NCBI GenBank assembly: GCA_030390025.1
Contig: CM059441.1
Span: 17,794,001-17,858,000 of the forward strand
DNA: 64,000 nucleotides
Source: Squalus acanthias
Taxonomy: Eukaryota
Direction of reading: 5' to 3'
Shown in pieces: positions 12,938-27,787 of the stretch. The stretch's first letter is position 1, and each line of letters opens with the position of its first letter. The position numbers and the translations under genes were made by a program. The notes under the pieces are model-generated. The model made no database searches and was not told where the DNA came from. It saw nothing but the letters and a program-made list of their open reading frames with translations.

Positions 12938-14869
12938 GTATTCTATAAAAGTTTTGTTCATTAACACCGCTGCACTGTTTCCCACCGTGTACCATCAAAC
13001 TGGATGTGCATTCTGAAAGTTACAGTCTACAAAAGTTTGCTATTTTTGATTTGTAATTGAAGTTATGCTGGGGGGGGGTGGGGGGGGATAACTTTAGGCT
13101 GTTTTCAGTCTCTGTCCATGTTGTTGCAGGTCAGAAATGGGTGATAAGGGGGAGGAGCTGAACAGTGATACAAAATGTCATACTTGTGAAGTTGCATTTG
13201 GGAAGTTCGGTTATACGGAATAAAGCTTCGTGAAGTTTTTTTTTATATGGTTCATAATTCAGATGCATTATGTGGAATGCTTTTGTACTGTCCTATAAAG
13301 GATGTTGTCAATAAGCATTACATAAAACAACTATCAGCAATTGCAAAGAGTTTAAACCATACACAAGAAATAGAGAGACGCAGCAATCTGTACAAAACAA
13401 AGCACAAATAAACTAAACACAATTTTAAAAACTAGAGGCTGTGCTATTAAAACTTACGTATTTGATTTCAATCCAGAACAGTGGAAAAATGTGAAGCTGT
13501 CTTCCTAATTTAGTTGAACTAATTTGGTTTATACTAGTTTTAAAAAGGGATTTTGTTCAAAGAATGCAACCATTGAGCAGTTGTGTACGTAAAATAAACA
13601 AGTCAAGTTAGTATATCTTTCTGATGTATTTGAGCTTCTGCACATCAGCAATGCTTAACGGTTAGTGCAAAATCTAAACAGTTGGTAAGTAGATTGCTAT
13701 TGCATTGAAAAGTAGAAGGAAGGAAGTCTTTTCTGTAGAGCATACTTCCCACCCGAGCCCATTTAAAAATGCTTGTGCGATAACTAATATTTCTCATCTT
13801 GCAGGAGGAAGCCTTACTTTTAATCTTTTCTCCGCAGCCTATACAATACCATTTTAAGTCTGAAGCTCCACAAAGATCTACTCAAACGTCATCCACCACT
13901 GACTATGTTGGTGAGCAGCTTCAAAGAATCAGCACTGATCCTTTTGGATGCTGATCAGGAGTCATCAGCATTTTTAAAATTCAGTATTGGCTAGGTACAG
14001 TTTCTATTCTCTGAGACTGCGGCTGACGTCAGCTGAGTGCCTTTGCCAGGTTTGAGGTCCAAAGCACCAGGTGTCGTGAGGCTGTAGAGAAAAAATTTAA
14101 GCAAGTTTCCTCCTACCAAGTAGTTATTTCAAATGAATTTAGTATCATCATCATCATTGGGGTGGGGGTAGTCCCTTGTACGACTTGCAGTTCTTTGAAG
14201 GGGAGGTCTGGTTTGTATATTGGGGTTATTTTTTAAATCCCAAGATTATCTCAATATCCGAGGGAAAGACCTCTTCCAGTACAGCAATGTCATAATTTTT
14301 TAAAAATTGATTCATCAGCCTTGCACACAAGGCAACTTGTACCCAGCATCTGTCATTCACAAACTGCTTACTGACTAGATTTTCTGACTTCAAAGCAAGG
14401 AAAGACCGGAGGGAGCTTCAATCTGCAACATAACGTCTTCTTGCAAATCTGTTTATTAAAAATTTAATCTATAAAGTGCCTCTTCTCTTACTGCCCAAAG
14501 GAGGAGGAAAGAACCAGCTTTATTCATTAATGACTGTGGTCATTTGAAAAATTTATCCAGGCCATTGTGACTACTAAAAATCGACAGGTTCAGGATCATT
14601 TTGCTATCTTTTATCTTGAGTTGATGACCTCATTGGGGAATGCCAGCTTGGGGGAGTTGCTGCACTTGGAGTGAGTGTGCGTAAAATCCTGTCGTCATGC
14701 AATGATTTACGATCCTTGACCAAAGGCGCTTCAATAATCTCCTCTCAATTTTATTTCATCTCTCCCTCATGTTGCTGTGTTCTGTTTCTCTGGGGGCACT
14801 TGCTGTTGGAACAAAAACATGTTCCACTGCTACCTCCGTGATTCCGCAAGTTAATCCGCTTAATATCTG

Positions 14870-15115
14870 AGCCATGCAAACCAGGGCGGTGCTAGCTTTG
14901 ATCCCCAGTTTGTACTGATTATACCCATCTTAGTCTGCGCAATATTAGGGACACTACAAGTTGGCCTTTGCATCCCTTGGATAGGGGTAGAAGAGTATGC
15001 AGGATGACTACTGGAAAGCGCTGCTGACGCTTAGTGCCCAGGATCTCTCAAAAATGCTGGTCATTCATTGGGGTGCGAGGGGACACCAGTGCCCGTAGAA
15101 CTGTAACCCAGAACA
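14870..15115 (+). mobile_element. LF-SINE-like element, degenerate
   Basis: accaggg...tgatccccagtttgtactga...ctacaagttggcct...tgcccgtagaactgtaacccag follows the LF-SINE consensus order as I recall it. Confidence 0.6.
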
Positions 15116-16821
15116 GATGGGAGAAAACTGTTCCCAAAACAGCTGAAAGACATCAGGATGTTCATTCTCAATTTTTTTTTTTTAAGATGTACTGAAAGTG
15201 AAACTCCCTTTAAGGGGACACAGCCTTTGTGAGGGGAAAAAATGATTACGAAGTCTTTGTTTTAGAACGGAGTGCAGTGACTTTAATTTTGATGACCTGT
15301 TGGAAATTATGTTTCTGGCTGTTCTCCTACCTCTCAGTTTTCAAACCTATTTCAAGAGGACAATGCTCCTTTTATGAAAAGCTACTTTGGACTTTCTGAA
15401 AAGAGCACGTTCTGCAACATGTTGGGGAGCCCTGCATATACGACACCATGATGACCAGGCTCAAACTGTTTTTATAAGGAAGAGTTTAGACATAAAAATT
15501 TAATGTAGAATAATACCCAGCACTCTCCACGCTGTTCAGTTTTAACAGTGGACCTAATTTTGGACTACGCTTTTTCCTACTGCCCACCAGAAGCAAAGAT
15601 GAAACCCTTTAGTTATTGATGGTTTTATATATTTTTTTTAACTTGTATTGAGGTCAGTTCTTTAAGTATAACGTTGTCAAGATAAATAATGGATATGTCA
15701 TTTTTAGGTTTTCATGCAGGTTGTTCTTGCCGATTCCTCTTTGTGCTTGGCAGACGTAGTATGTATAAAATACACCACATGGGACAGAATAAGAAGGAGT
15801 TTTAAGTTTAATTACCCAGTACTGGCTACTCCAATTTTTCTAAATCCACCAAAGCTTAAATAGTCAGTTGTACATGTGTCAATCTTTCTTGCTGTATGAC
15901 GAGAGTCAATCTTTTTTACTGTATGACGAGAGTAATTCCTATGAAGTGCTGTCTTGTGGGTCTGTTGTTACACTGACACAATGAGTGCTGCTTCCCTAAT
16001 GCTCAGAGGTTGACGGTACACTCCCTGGAAGCAAGTTTTAATATATTTTTGGGAGTGAAGGGGATGGGGATTGACTGCCAAAGTTGTTATCTTGACTAAT
16101 TTTGCCATTTAAAAAAAAAAAGTTTTATGAATGTGGTATAAAAATATATTTTAACAGTTTAATATTGGCATCAGCCGAGACATGATGTGAACCTTTTGGT
16201 AATATTGAGTGAGGTTTCCATTAGACTGGCCTTCGTACAGCTCTTTGCCGAGTGGCGTAACTACTCACGGTACCAAACCCAATTAATTACATTGGACATT
16301 CCTTCTCTAACTCAATGGAAAGAGAGTAAGAGCTATTAACAAGTGTGGCTAGAGGTTAGTAAGTTTGGCAATATGGAACAGAAACAATGGAATTGTTCTG
16401 GGTTTCAACCCCAATGTGAGAAGTGAAGTTATAAACCTATTGAATCAAAAGCAAATGCTCAATCTTGAATTCCTGATTTTCATTAAATTCTGAATTGACA
16501 AAATTATACACATATATAAGAAAGATAAAATTGGACTATGAAGCTGGAAATTTCTATAAAAATGTTTCAAACCTCCATCTACTTTTTGTACTTCTACCAT
16601 GCAAGTTAAAGGTAATATATGCAATGCAATTACTGAAAAGGTATTAATGGCAGGAATTCTGCATTATTTATTGTGTCACTGATGATGGACCATGATATTG
16701 CATAGAGATGCTTTTGCTATTTATAGGTAAAATAATGAAAATGTAACTAATAATACAAAAACTTCTCTGCTGTCTAAAAGAATCCCAATATTTCCCAATT
16801 AAGAATTGCTCATTCAGATCA

Positions 16822-16935
16822 TTATAGAATCAGAGGAATTTACGGCACAGAAGGAGGCCATTCGGCCCGTTGTATCTGCGCCGGCCAAAAAAGAGCTATC
16901 CAGGCTAATCCCACTTTCCAGCTCTTGGTCCATAG
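16822..16935 (-). mobile_element. CR1-type 3' tail ending about 30 nt upstream of an exon acceptor
   Basis: Similar to 5095-5210. Confidence 0.75.
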
Positions 16936-16960
16936 TTCATTTGAACTACTTTTTGTTTAA

Positions 16961-17134
<174 letters not shown>

Positions 17135-17160
17135 TAAGAAATACGTTGTCCAATTTGTAA

Positions 17161-17380
17161 TTGTCAGCTTGGCTAAGTGGTAGCACTATTACTTCTGATT
17201 CAAAAGGTTGTAGGTTCAAGTCCCACTCAAGGGATTTGAGCACATAATCTAATTTGACACTTCAGTGCAGTACTGAGGAAGTGCTGCATTATCGGAGGTG
17301 CCGTCTTTCAATTGAGACATTAAACTGAGGCCTCATTTGCCTGTTCAGGTGGACATAAAAGATCCCATGACACTATTCAA
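17161..17380 (+). mobile_element. SacSINE1-like Deu-SINE (tRNA-derived head plus Deu domain)
   Basis: A-box tggctaagtgg, B-box ggttcaagtcc, then gaggtgccgtctttc...aaactgaggcc...caggtggacataaaagatcccatg. Confidence 0.8.
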
Positions 17381-17446
17381 CAGGCAACCATGCTCCAGAC
17401 TCTAATTAGGTCCTATTTGAAGACAGATTGCTCCTGCAAAGACCAT

Positions 17447-18097
17447 GGGCTGGATTTTGATACTGGGGCGGGCTGGGGTCGTGTCGTCACTTTTCGTGTT
17501 ATCCACCCGACTGCAATTGGATGTGGGAGATTGATGCGATTTTTCACCTAATTGGGCAACTGAGTTCCAGCATGTGGGAACCCATGAACCAATTAGTGTT
17601 TTCAGTCTGAAAGTCGCCTCTGATGATGTCATCATTGCTGCTGCATTGAAGGTCTGCAAAGACTGCCTGGCCTTTGCTGTGAGAGGACCTGGATGCAAAA
17701 TGAACAGCAGCAGCCCTAAGTCTGCTCCCAGATATTTTTGCACCACCACTCCTAGATATGTCTCCTCCTCATCCATCCATCCAGATATGTCTCCTCCTCA
17801 TCCATCCAGATATGCCAGCCAGCCAGCCAAATGTGCTCCCGCCAGGTTTCACATTCGTGGTTCAGAACAGGCGTGCTTCACGTAGAAAAAGGGTTAAAAT
17901 CACAAAGGCCTTTCAAAATGGCATTATAGAGGCAATTTAGTGCTTGTTAAGGGCCTTAACAGCCTAAGTCGGGACCAGCAGACACGATTTAATGAAAATT
18001 GTATGGAGGCGGGCTTGTGCCTACCCGCCAGTTTTCGCAATTTTAACCCCCCACACACCTCCAAACCCACCTCCACGGGTCAATGAAAATCCAGCCC
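17447..18097. mobile_element. Harbinger-type MITE
   Basis: Perfect 12-bp TIR GGGCTGGATTTT / AAAATCCAGCCC with 3-bp TSD CAT (17444-17446 and 18098-18100). Confidence 0.85.
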
Positions 18098-19884
18098 CAT
18101 GTATTCCAATGTATTTGCAATTTTGATGAGCTGCTCCCCATAGTTTAGGCCATGCATCTGGTGGAAGAAAAGTGTTGCCAGGGCGCACTATTTGCAAGGA
18201 ACTTCCATGTACAAGCATCTCAGCAGGGTCTGAATGCGGAAAGTTGCAACCTGGGTGTGGATGAACACCAGCCTTCCTCAAGCGGGAGACTCAAAACTGT
18301 AGCAGAAACCAAACTAAATTTTTATAACTTGCCTTTTTAAAGTTCTTGCATACCAATAGGGGATCTATGGTCTTGCCTACAAGTTTTAAAGCCTTCATGG
18401 CAGGTTTTGTTAGTTGAAGTGTAAAAGCAAATTTTTCTAAACGCCTTGGGGGGAAAAAAAGTGGTGTCATCTTTTTCGCCACCCCCCCCACCCAATTGAC
18501 AGATCATCGGTCAAGTGACGCTCCAATGGGAGACGTTTCATTCATTGTTGGACACCGCACCAGTATGTGGAGTTATGTAGTAGTGAGGAGAGTCATATCC
18601 GTTTCTTTTAGACTAAAATGTTCATCCATAGCATGGTAGCCGAGGAACCACCCAACCGTCTGGTTGGTCATGAGAACTTCCGGAAGCATTTCTAAGATGC
18701 AAACCACAGAATTTTATTCTTCACTGGCAATGCAATATGTTTGACTAAAAGAGACTTTATAGTCATTGAATTCTCGAGAGCTGAACAAGTGCCAGGTCTG
18801 CATGATTTTACATTGAGTTTTAATGTTCAGCGATAATCACATACTTGTCCCTAAAAGCATTGAAATGATTGTTGAAAGTGGCATTTTTTTCAGATACAAC
18901 AGGTACTGCCCTTATATTACACCTCTAGAGTAAACAGATCTTCACCTCTTTTTCCCCCTCCTGCCAAAAAAACTGGCCATAGATGCCCTTGATTGACCAA
19001 GGTTGCAAAATGTTAACTGCAGTGTTGGAGTATTCTCCAGTTGAATATCAAAGGAATATTGTCCTCCAAGAACACATTGAAGTTCAGCTTGTATCCAGGG
19101 TATGCTGGGTTAGTTATCTGTCCCTTTTCCCTGACATTGAGAAAGCTTCTGATTAAGTTGAACAGAATTACTTCTAGGATTCTTTGAAATTTGAAGTAAG
19201 ATTGATATTGGGTCCAGGCTTTAGTGAATGCTTTCTACTTTTATATTCCAAATTCTTGCGCTCCAGTGGACTGCCAAAGGCAAAGACTACAGAGGTGCTC
19301 ATTTGTCACCAGGCTGCTTGTTGTAGTGCTGATACTGTTCTGTCTCTGTGATATGAACTGAACATGCAGAGGATTGGTACAGAAAAAAACTGCATAAAAT
19401 ATCCCATTTTTATTTTGGTGACCAAAGTGTTATCATTTGACAATTACTTGAGGGTGATATTCAGATTTGCCTATTGTTTCATAGTGTCATCTCTAGGATT
19501 TAATTTGAGTTTAAAGCAGTGCTCACATTGAATTGGGGTAAATTCCCCAGGTAAAAACTTCACTGATACCAATCCCACTTGAAATTTGGATAGAATGCAA
19601 ATGAGAAGAAAATAAGATCCCCTCACATTTTTGAAAAGAATGATTGTGTGATGGAATTTTCCCTATTAATCCCCAAACAGATTGTTCATATAAGCCACTT
19701 GTATCATTTTTGTGAGTAATTAGATTGCCCAAAGCTGTTCCTACTCTGAGGTTGTATTAGACCAAATTGTCTGCCCAACTGAACTAATTACTGGCTATGA
19801 TCAGTATAGGAGTCATGTGACAATCTTTTCCAAAGGTTAGTGTGATGTGCAAAGTCAATGCATGTTAGAGAAGAGTTGAGCCAA

Positions 19885-20985
19885 AGCATTTTGGATAGAG
19901 GATTGGCTAACTAACAGAAAACAGAGAGTCGGGATAAATGGGTCATTTTCCGGTTGGCAAACTGTAACTAGTGAAGTGCCACAAGGATCAGTGCTGGGGC
20001 CTCAAGTATTTACAATCTATATTAATGACTTGGATGAAAGGACCGAGTGTAATCTAGCCAAATATTCTGATGATACAAAGTTGGTGTGAAAGAAAGTTGT
20101 GAAGAGGACAAACAGAATCTGCAAAGAGATATAAATAGGCTAAGTGTGTGGCAAAAATTTGGCAGATGGAGTATAATGTGGGAAAATGTGAGGTTATCCA
20201 CTTTGGTAGGAAAAATAAAAAAGCAACTATTATTTAAATGGAGAGAGATTACAAAATGCTGCAGTACAGAGGGATCTGGGGGTCCTTGTACATGAAACAC
20301 AAGAAGCTAGCATGCAGGTACAGCAAGTAATTAGGAAGGCAAATGGAATGTTGGCCTTTATTGCAAAGGGGATGGAGTATAAAAGTAGGGAAGTCCTGCT
20401 GCAACTGTACAGGGCGCTGGTGAGACCACACCTGGAGTACTGCGTACAGTTTTGGTCTCCTTATTTAAGGAGGGATATACTTGCATTGGAGGTAGTTCAG
20501 AGAAGGTTCACTCGGTTGATTCCTGAGATGACGGGGTTGTCTTATGAAGAAAGGTTGGGCCTATACTCATTGGCGTTTAGAAGAATGAGAGGGGATCTTA
20601 TTGAAACATATAAGATGCTGAGGGGGCTTGACAAGGTAGATGCAGAGAGGATGTTTTCCCCTCGTGGGGAATCTAGAACTAGGGGGCATAGTTTCAGAAT
20701 AAGTGGTCGCCCATTTCAAATGGAGATGAAGAGGAATTTCTTCTTTGAGGGGTCGTGAATCTGCGGAATCTCTACCCCAGAGAGCTGTGGAGGCGGAGTC
20801 ATTGAATATATTTAAGGTGGAGATGGACAGATTTTTGAATGATAAGGAAGTCAAGGGTTATGGGGAGCGGGCAGGGAAGTGGAGTTGAGGCCAAGATCAG
20901 ATCAGCCATGATCTTATTGAATGGCGGAGCAGGCTCGAGGGGCCAAATGGCCTACTCCTGCTCCTATTTCTTATGTTCTTATTTT
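19885..20985 (+). mobile_element. CR1 LINE, RT-to-3' end fragment with frameshifts
   Basis: VPQGSVLGP / DDTK region; [41 protein letters not shown]...; tail ttcttatgttctta. Confidence 0.95.
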
Positions 20986-21817
20986 AGATCAGTTCTTGTG
21001 TTGACTACTTTTGCTCTGTATAACTTGGTGGCAGGCTAGGAACTGAGGTACTAACGTGAATGGGTTTTGAGGGAGAATTGTGTGTGCTGTTCATAGACAT
21101 ATATATTGCACCAAATGGTGGCAAACAAAAGATTGAGGCTGAGATGGTGGAAAGTGGGTTCTGTTTTGTGTTGATCAGCTGATCAACCATACTGGAATAA
21201 CCCAGCTCAGAACTGTTTTTGCCACCAATTGGTACAGAGCACTAGTAACTCGGGTAAACTATATTTTGGAAAACACTCCATGCTGGAGTTTCTCCAAACT
21301 AATTTTTTTTAAAAGGCTGATCCAAGCAAGATTGGACTTTACTCTGAGGAAAGAAAAACTACACCTTTATGTCCCCAAGTTTTGCCAACTTTATTCTGTT
21401 TGTACATTTAACAGTTGTGTGTGGTGCTGCAAAGGGAATTATTCTATGAAGTCTAAAGTTATCGATGAGCTTTTGATCAGATTTACTTGTTATCATTAAG
21501 GGTTGGTGTTTATTTCAATATACTGGGCTAGTCTGACATAGCAAATGCTTTTGGTCTTCCTCATTTGCACTTATGGTGCCAATAAGACATCAATAAAGCC
21601 TTTTCTTTTATAAGGGACTGAACTGTTTTAATCTACAGTCTTGAGTTTTCATTATCACCAATTAAGATGAAGATCTTCATGAATAATAATTTTAGAGGTC
21701 ACCTTTCAGTTAATCACCAAGTCTGCCACACTCTGAGGCAGTAATAAGAAACCAGAATCTGACTGCAAACCTAACACACAAATATCTTCAAAGAAACGCT
21801 GCGGTATAAATTAGTCT

Positions 21818-22260
21818 GGGCCTGTTTTCAGGCTGTGGCCGAACCAAGAGGCCTGGGAATCGATGGAAGTTGGCCCTTGGGCCTCCTCTGAATAATTGGG
21901 GGGAGCTGGTCGCACTTTCGACGGGGAGAAACAATTGGCAGCCCTCAGGTAAAGTCCGTGATGTGGGGAATTGGAGTGGGCCACGGGCAGGGTGGGTGGT
22001 CACCAAGGGGAGGGGGGGGAGGGGGGAGCGCACCTGCTCTTCCTGGCTTCAACGAAGGGTTTAAAAAAAAAAATCAAAAATTTTTTTTTTTAAACTTTAC
22101 TTTGGTTGGCGGTCACGGGGGTCCGCTGGAAACTCCTAATCCCTGAATAGGCCTAATGTCTGCTCATCCATAACTAATTTTACAGCAGGCGTTGGGTCTC
22201 CATATGTTAATTAGGGGGCTAATTCCTGATATTGGCGACGCCTAAAAAATAAATGGGCCT
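21818..22260. mobile_element. Degenerate GC-rich MITE-like element
   Basis: Starts GGGCCTGTTTTC and ends about AAATGGGCC; composition resembles the other Harbinger MITEs; TSD not clear. Confidence 0.35.
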
Positions 22261-23599
22261 CACAAATTTAGCAGTGGGATCCAACCAATGACCCCGTCAT
22301 TTTTTTGGGGTGCGTGGTTATTACCGTTGTAAAGCCGGTGAGCAGCACCTCCAGACCACTTGGATTCATCCCTGTGCAGACTGGACGCAGGCCATCCCAG
22401 TGCTAATTCTGTATGCTTTGTGCCTGTTTTATGCTGGAAAAAGGGCCACAACACATACCAATTTCTACCCCACTGCATTCCATTCGAGGCTGAATACGTC
22501 TCTGCACCGATACCCTACACACAACCAGCTCTAGGCAAACCTGATTTCTAAAAGTAGCTTTTCTTAATTGTGATAATTCAGCCTTTAAGTCCCAGTAATA
22601 ATTCTTCTATTCAGGGCTCAAATAAATAAACTTTTGCCACTGCTCAAGGGCACAAGTTCAGTGTTTTTACTTGCGTTGGGAGTTTCCACTGCTGTGTTTG
22701 TAGTTCAGAGCTTAATGTAATTCAGCTGCAGGCTTGTGAACTGGCACTGGGTAATGGAGTTTCTGCCATTTAAGATTTATTTCTCTTCCCCACCCCGCCT
22801 CGCCCCCCCCCCCCATATTTGATGTACTACCAATGAGTGTCATTTTTGTTTCGGGCCTCTGGTTCCTCAGAAGAGTAGCCAAAGTTTTTGTAAACTTCTA
22901 TGGTTTTGTGGAATAGTGGTCTGCTGAATGTATCTAATTGTGGTTGATGTTATTTGCCCATGTACATGTGGTGGAGGCGCTTCAGGATACTCGAATGAGC
23001 ATTGCCTATACCATTTGAGTAAAATGTAAACAAATAAGGAAAGCCTGCATTACAGAATGAATCTTTTTTGCACCTTCCAAAAAAAAAAGCCAGAGAGAGA
23101 AAAACACTGCCTAATGGTAATTGGCAGGCTAATTTGACATGATTATAGGAAATACCAGTGGATCTCCTGTGAGTTTTTCCCATGGAAAGTTAGGACAAAG
23201 CAAGAGAATTAGTGATGCCCTAGGAATAGGTATGGGGATCTGGATCTTTTGCAGAATGTTGATGCTCAAATAAGCTGTACATGACATACATAGGAAATTT
23301 AATATAATAGAGATTAGCCTAGTAGAAATTCATTTAGCATCTGAATATTATTTTGCTGGTGGCACAGCCAGGAATAATGTCATCCTTTACAAAGTCTGTG
23401 ATTTTTTTTTTTTCCCAGTTTGAATAATGAATTTAACTACTTACAACTTAGTGAGCTCTGTTAAAGAGATGATTCATTAGCAAGTTTTTTTTCTCTTCAA
23501 GATTCAACTTGTACAATTTTAGACCAACCAATAAGCCACGACCTTAATTAGTATGAGACACAAGCTGAGGTCTACAGTTGAATGTAGTGGTAAATGTTT

Positions 23600-25390
23600 A
23601 CATAAGAACATAAGAAATAGGAGCAGGAATAGGCCACTTGGCCCCTCCAGCCTGCTCCGCCATTCAATAAGATCACGGCTGATCTTGGGCTCAAAGCCAC
23701 TTCCCTGCCTGCTTCCCATAACCCTTCACTCCCTTATCTTGTAAAAATCTGTCTCTCTCCACCTTAAATGTATTTAATGACCCAGCCTCCACAGCTCTCT
23801 GGGGCAGAGAATTCCACAGATTTCCGACCCTCAGAGAAGAAATTCCTCCTCATCTCAGTTCTAAAAGGGCGACCCTTTATTCTGAAACTATACCCCCGAG
23901 TTCTAGATTTCCCCACGAGGGGAAACATCCTCTCTGCATCTGCCTTGTCGAACCCCCTCAGTATCTTATGTTTCAATAAGATCACCTCTCATTCTTCTAA
24001 ATTCCAATGAGTACAGGCCCAACCAGCTCAACCTTTCTTCATAAGTCAACCCCCTCATCTCAGGAATCAACCATGTGAATCGTCTCTGAACTGCCTCCAA
24101 TGCAAGTATATCCTTCCTTAAATAAGGAGACCAAAACTGTACGCAGTACTCAAGGTGTGGTCGCACCAATACCCTGTACAGATGTAGCAGGACTTCCCTG
24201 CTTTTATACTCCAACCCCTGTAGCACTTTCTCTTACTACTGTTCGGACCTCGAGAATTACGAATGAGCTTAACAATGACAGACAAGGATGTGATCAATAA
24301 AATTGGTCTTTTAATCAGACTCTAGTTCAAAATTCAAGTGTACATAGAAGCACCTTTGGCAATAAATTCAAAGAACTCCCGGCAATAAATATGCCTGCAA
24401 CTTATCAATTCAAAGTATATAAAAATGCCCCTTTAATGATTCAAATGTACATAAAAGTACCCCCTTTAACTTTATCTAAGCCCATGTCCAATTCTCATAC
24501 ATACTCCTTCATTTCTGGGTGATCGGTCAAAGGAAACTAAGTCGAAACATAAACTGGCCAGCTTTCTCACTTCAATCTTCCTCCTGCTTTTTCTTCTCTG
24601 TTCTCCTTATCTCTGAAAACTCCCGCCACTGGGTTATAAGGCCTCGTTGATCGGAAATTACTCTCTGCCTCCCTTGGATAGGTCTGTTCCACTCCAAACC
24701 TTCCCTGATTGGAGTTCCATCCGCATGACACATTCCTGTTCCTGTGAGATAGATGTTCTCCCCTTGTCCAGGTGGCCTCTACTGACCACCATTTTGTGTC
24801 TTCACAAACAACGAACACCTGCTGATTTCTTACATTTTAAATCCGTCCGTTATCATCTTGCAATTCGTTCGCAATTTTGATCTCCACACGGTAGCAGCGG
24901 TTTTATTACACTTTGCAGAATCTTACACCCCCTTGCAATAAAGGCCAACGTTCCATTTGCCTTTTTGATTACTTGCTGCACCTGCATGCTAACATTTTGT
25001 TTCATGCACAAGCACCCCCAGGTCCCTCTGAACTGTAGCATTTTGTAATCTCTCCATTTAAATAGTAATTAGCTTTTTTATTTTTCCTGCCAAAGTGGAT
25101 AACCTTGCACTTTCCCATATTATACTCCATCTGCCAAATGTTTGCCCATTCACTTAGCCTTTCTATATCCCTTTGCAGATTCTTTGAGTCCTCTGCACAA
25201 CTTGCTTTCCCACCCATCTTTGTATCATCTGCAAACTTGGCTACATTACACTCGGTCCCTTCATCCAAGTCATTAATGTAGATTGTAAATAGTTGAGGCC
25301 CCAGCACCGATCCCTGTGGCACCCCACTAGTTACCGTTTGCCAACCGGAATATGACCCATTTATCCTGACTCTCTGCTTTCTGTTAGTTT
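23600..25390 (-). mobile_element. CR1 LINE fragment interrupted by a solo LTR
   Basis: Minus ORFs [22 protein letters not shown]...KFADDTK and [19 protein letters not shown]; the sequence resumes colinearly across 24219-24927. Confidence 0.95.
24219..24927 (-). mobile_element. Solo LTR (709 bp) nested in CR1
   Basis: TGTA...TACA termini, 4-bp TSD CCCC, precise interruption of the CR1. Strand is inferred from a TATA-like site near 24635 and a minus-strand ATTAAA near 24310. Confidence 0.8.
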
Positions 25391-26486
25391 CTTGCTCTGT
25401 ACCTGTGTTGGATAAACAGTGAATTGATGGCATGTGGCATATGCAAATGGAACATCAAAATAGCAACTTTTTACCTAGGTGTATGCTCCAGAAACCCTTG
25501 CCCAGGACTGTCCAGTGATGCCCTGAAGGATATTTTCTGGATTTCTTCAGTACTTTTTCCAGATAGATGTAATGGGCAGTCCCAATCATTGAAACTTTGC
25601 TGGTATTTGAAGTGTAAGCATAGTTTTCCTTGCACTATATGATGAAATATACGTTTAAAAATTAAACCGCCACCACCCCTGCTCAGTCCATTTATATTGC
25701 GCTTCACATCTTGAGGTGATCTTCTCCCAGGCCTGTGTTAATACAGCACTTGAGCCAGCTGTCAGGGGCAGATGCAAGAAAGCTGCTTCTTTACCTTGTT
25801 CTTCATTTTCTGTCGCTCATGTCCTCTTACTGACGCCTGTCTGATAGGTGGTATTGTGGGTGTGAATCCCTGATGTGGTGCTTATTCTAAATGTCTATCC
25901 CAGACCATGTGATGTACTGTGCTGTGAGAACAAAACTTGTAATGTTTATTTCCGTGAAAAATCAAGACTCCAGACTGGTGCTGCAGCGACGTCAGTTCAT
26001 CTCGCCCTGCATGTGCAGTGCACTGTAGCATTTCCTGTGATTACAGCACTGATGTTGGCATTAATAACTACCATTCCAATACTGCTAGGCTGAGACAGAA
26101 GGAATTAAATATTGGGGCCCACTGCCACCTACTGGTTTCAGAAGTTTAATTCATTTCTGTTTACATTAGAACTGAGCAATACAGCTGTGCCTTTTTTCTG
26201 GTATATGTGGAGTCATTTTCATACTTCGCACAGGAGGTCTTGCATGCCAGTAGTGAATATCGGAAATTAGAGTGCATGGCAGGCAAGGCTTCGTGCCAGA
26301 AGAGTGAAGTTGCAAACATGTGAAAGAGGGAAAATTGAACTTCAACCCCAGTGGTTTTTAAAAAAAAAAAATAACCAGTACCAATGCAGGTATTGTATCT
26401 ATAGTTCTACCATTAGAGAAGCCAGCTTGGGCAGCCACACTTGGTTCCATCACTCGCAGGTTCCTAATTTTACTTCATTATCACTT

Positions 26487-26640
26487 TGCTGTTTGTGGGA
26501 CCTTGCTGTGTGCAAAATTGGCTGTCGCGTTTCCTACATTACAACAATGACTGCGTTTAAAAAGTAATTCATTGGCTGTAAAGCGCTTTGGGACTTCCTG
26601 AGGTCCTGAAAGGCGCTATAGAAATGCAAGTGTTTCTTTT
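26487..26640 (+). mobile_element. SacSINE1/L2-type 3' tail abutting an exon acceptor region
   Basis: tgctgtttgtgggaccttgctgtgtgcaaaattggctg...aaagcgctttgggac...ggcgctatagaaatgcaag. Confidence 0.8.
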
Positions 26641-26656
26641 AAGACAGGATCTCTGA

Positions 26657-26980
<324 letters not shown>

Positions 26981-27607
26981 TGATGATGTACACTCTACGT
27001 GTTTACTGTTTTTTCCTCCTGTGCATGGTTTACATAATCAAGATGTTACCATTTTAGCATCATTGGGTTCTCCATAGATAGTCCCTAACTGCAGCTTATT
27101 TGCCAGCTAACTGTAATGTCAGTGTGGCAATCTCATTGTTTGGAGGAGGTTTGCAAGGATCAGGGAAAAAAAACCTTTTGTAAAAGTGATTACTGATGAG
27201 GCAATATGACTCAGCAGATACAGGACACGCAAGCCCCTCCAGACCTTATTTTGGAGGAAGTGCTGGTGGTTATGTCGGAGGCAGAGTTCACAATGTTAAA
27301 GTATAAATCTTTGCACTTTTCAGATTCAGAAGATGCAGTGTTTAAAATAAAAATATTCATATGGACTGTAGACTGGGCCATGTGTTAGGAAACTGAGTTA
27401 ACCTGCAGGTACAGCAAGCAATTAGGAAGGCAAATGGCATGTTGACCTTTATTGCAAGGGGGCTGGAGTACAAGAGTAAGGAAGTCTTACTACAATTGTA
27501 CAGGGCTTTGTCGAGACCCCACCTGGAGTGCTGTGCCCAGTTTTGGTCTCATGTGAGGAAGGACATACTTGCCTTGGAAGCAGTGCAACGAAGGTTCACT
27601 AGATTGA

Positions 27608-27787
27608 AACAACAACAGAAAATGCTGGAAACACTCAGCAGGTCAGGCAGCATCCGCGGAGAGAGAAACAGAGTCAACATTAACTCTGTTTCTCTCTCCA
27701 CGGATGCTGCCTGACCTGAGTGTTTCCAGCATTTTCTGTTGTTGTTTCAGATTTCCAGCATCTGCAGTATTTTGCTGTTGTATTCGT
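27608..27787. mobile_element. Palindromic Penelope-like repeat fragment
   Basis: Inverted arms of about 70 bp (27605-27749); 14-bp TSD GTTCACTAGATTGA at 27594-27607 and 27788-27801; same family as 61058-61885 and 63210-63333. Confidence 0.75.

Noticed and set aside
15878-15931. 27-bp tandem duplication (also an 18-bp one at 1200-1236 and short ones at about 17751-17810 and 46810-46840)
   Set aside because: Ordinary local slippage duplications with no sign of function.
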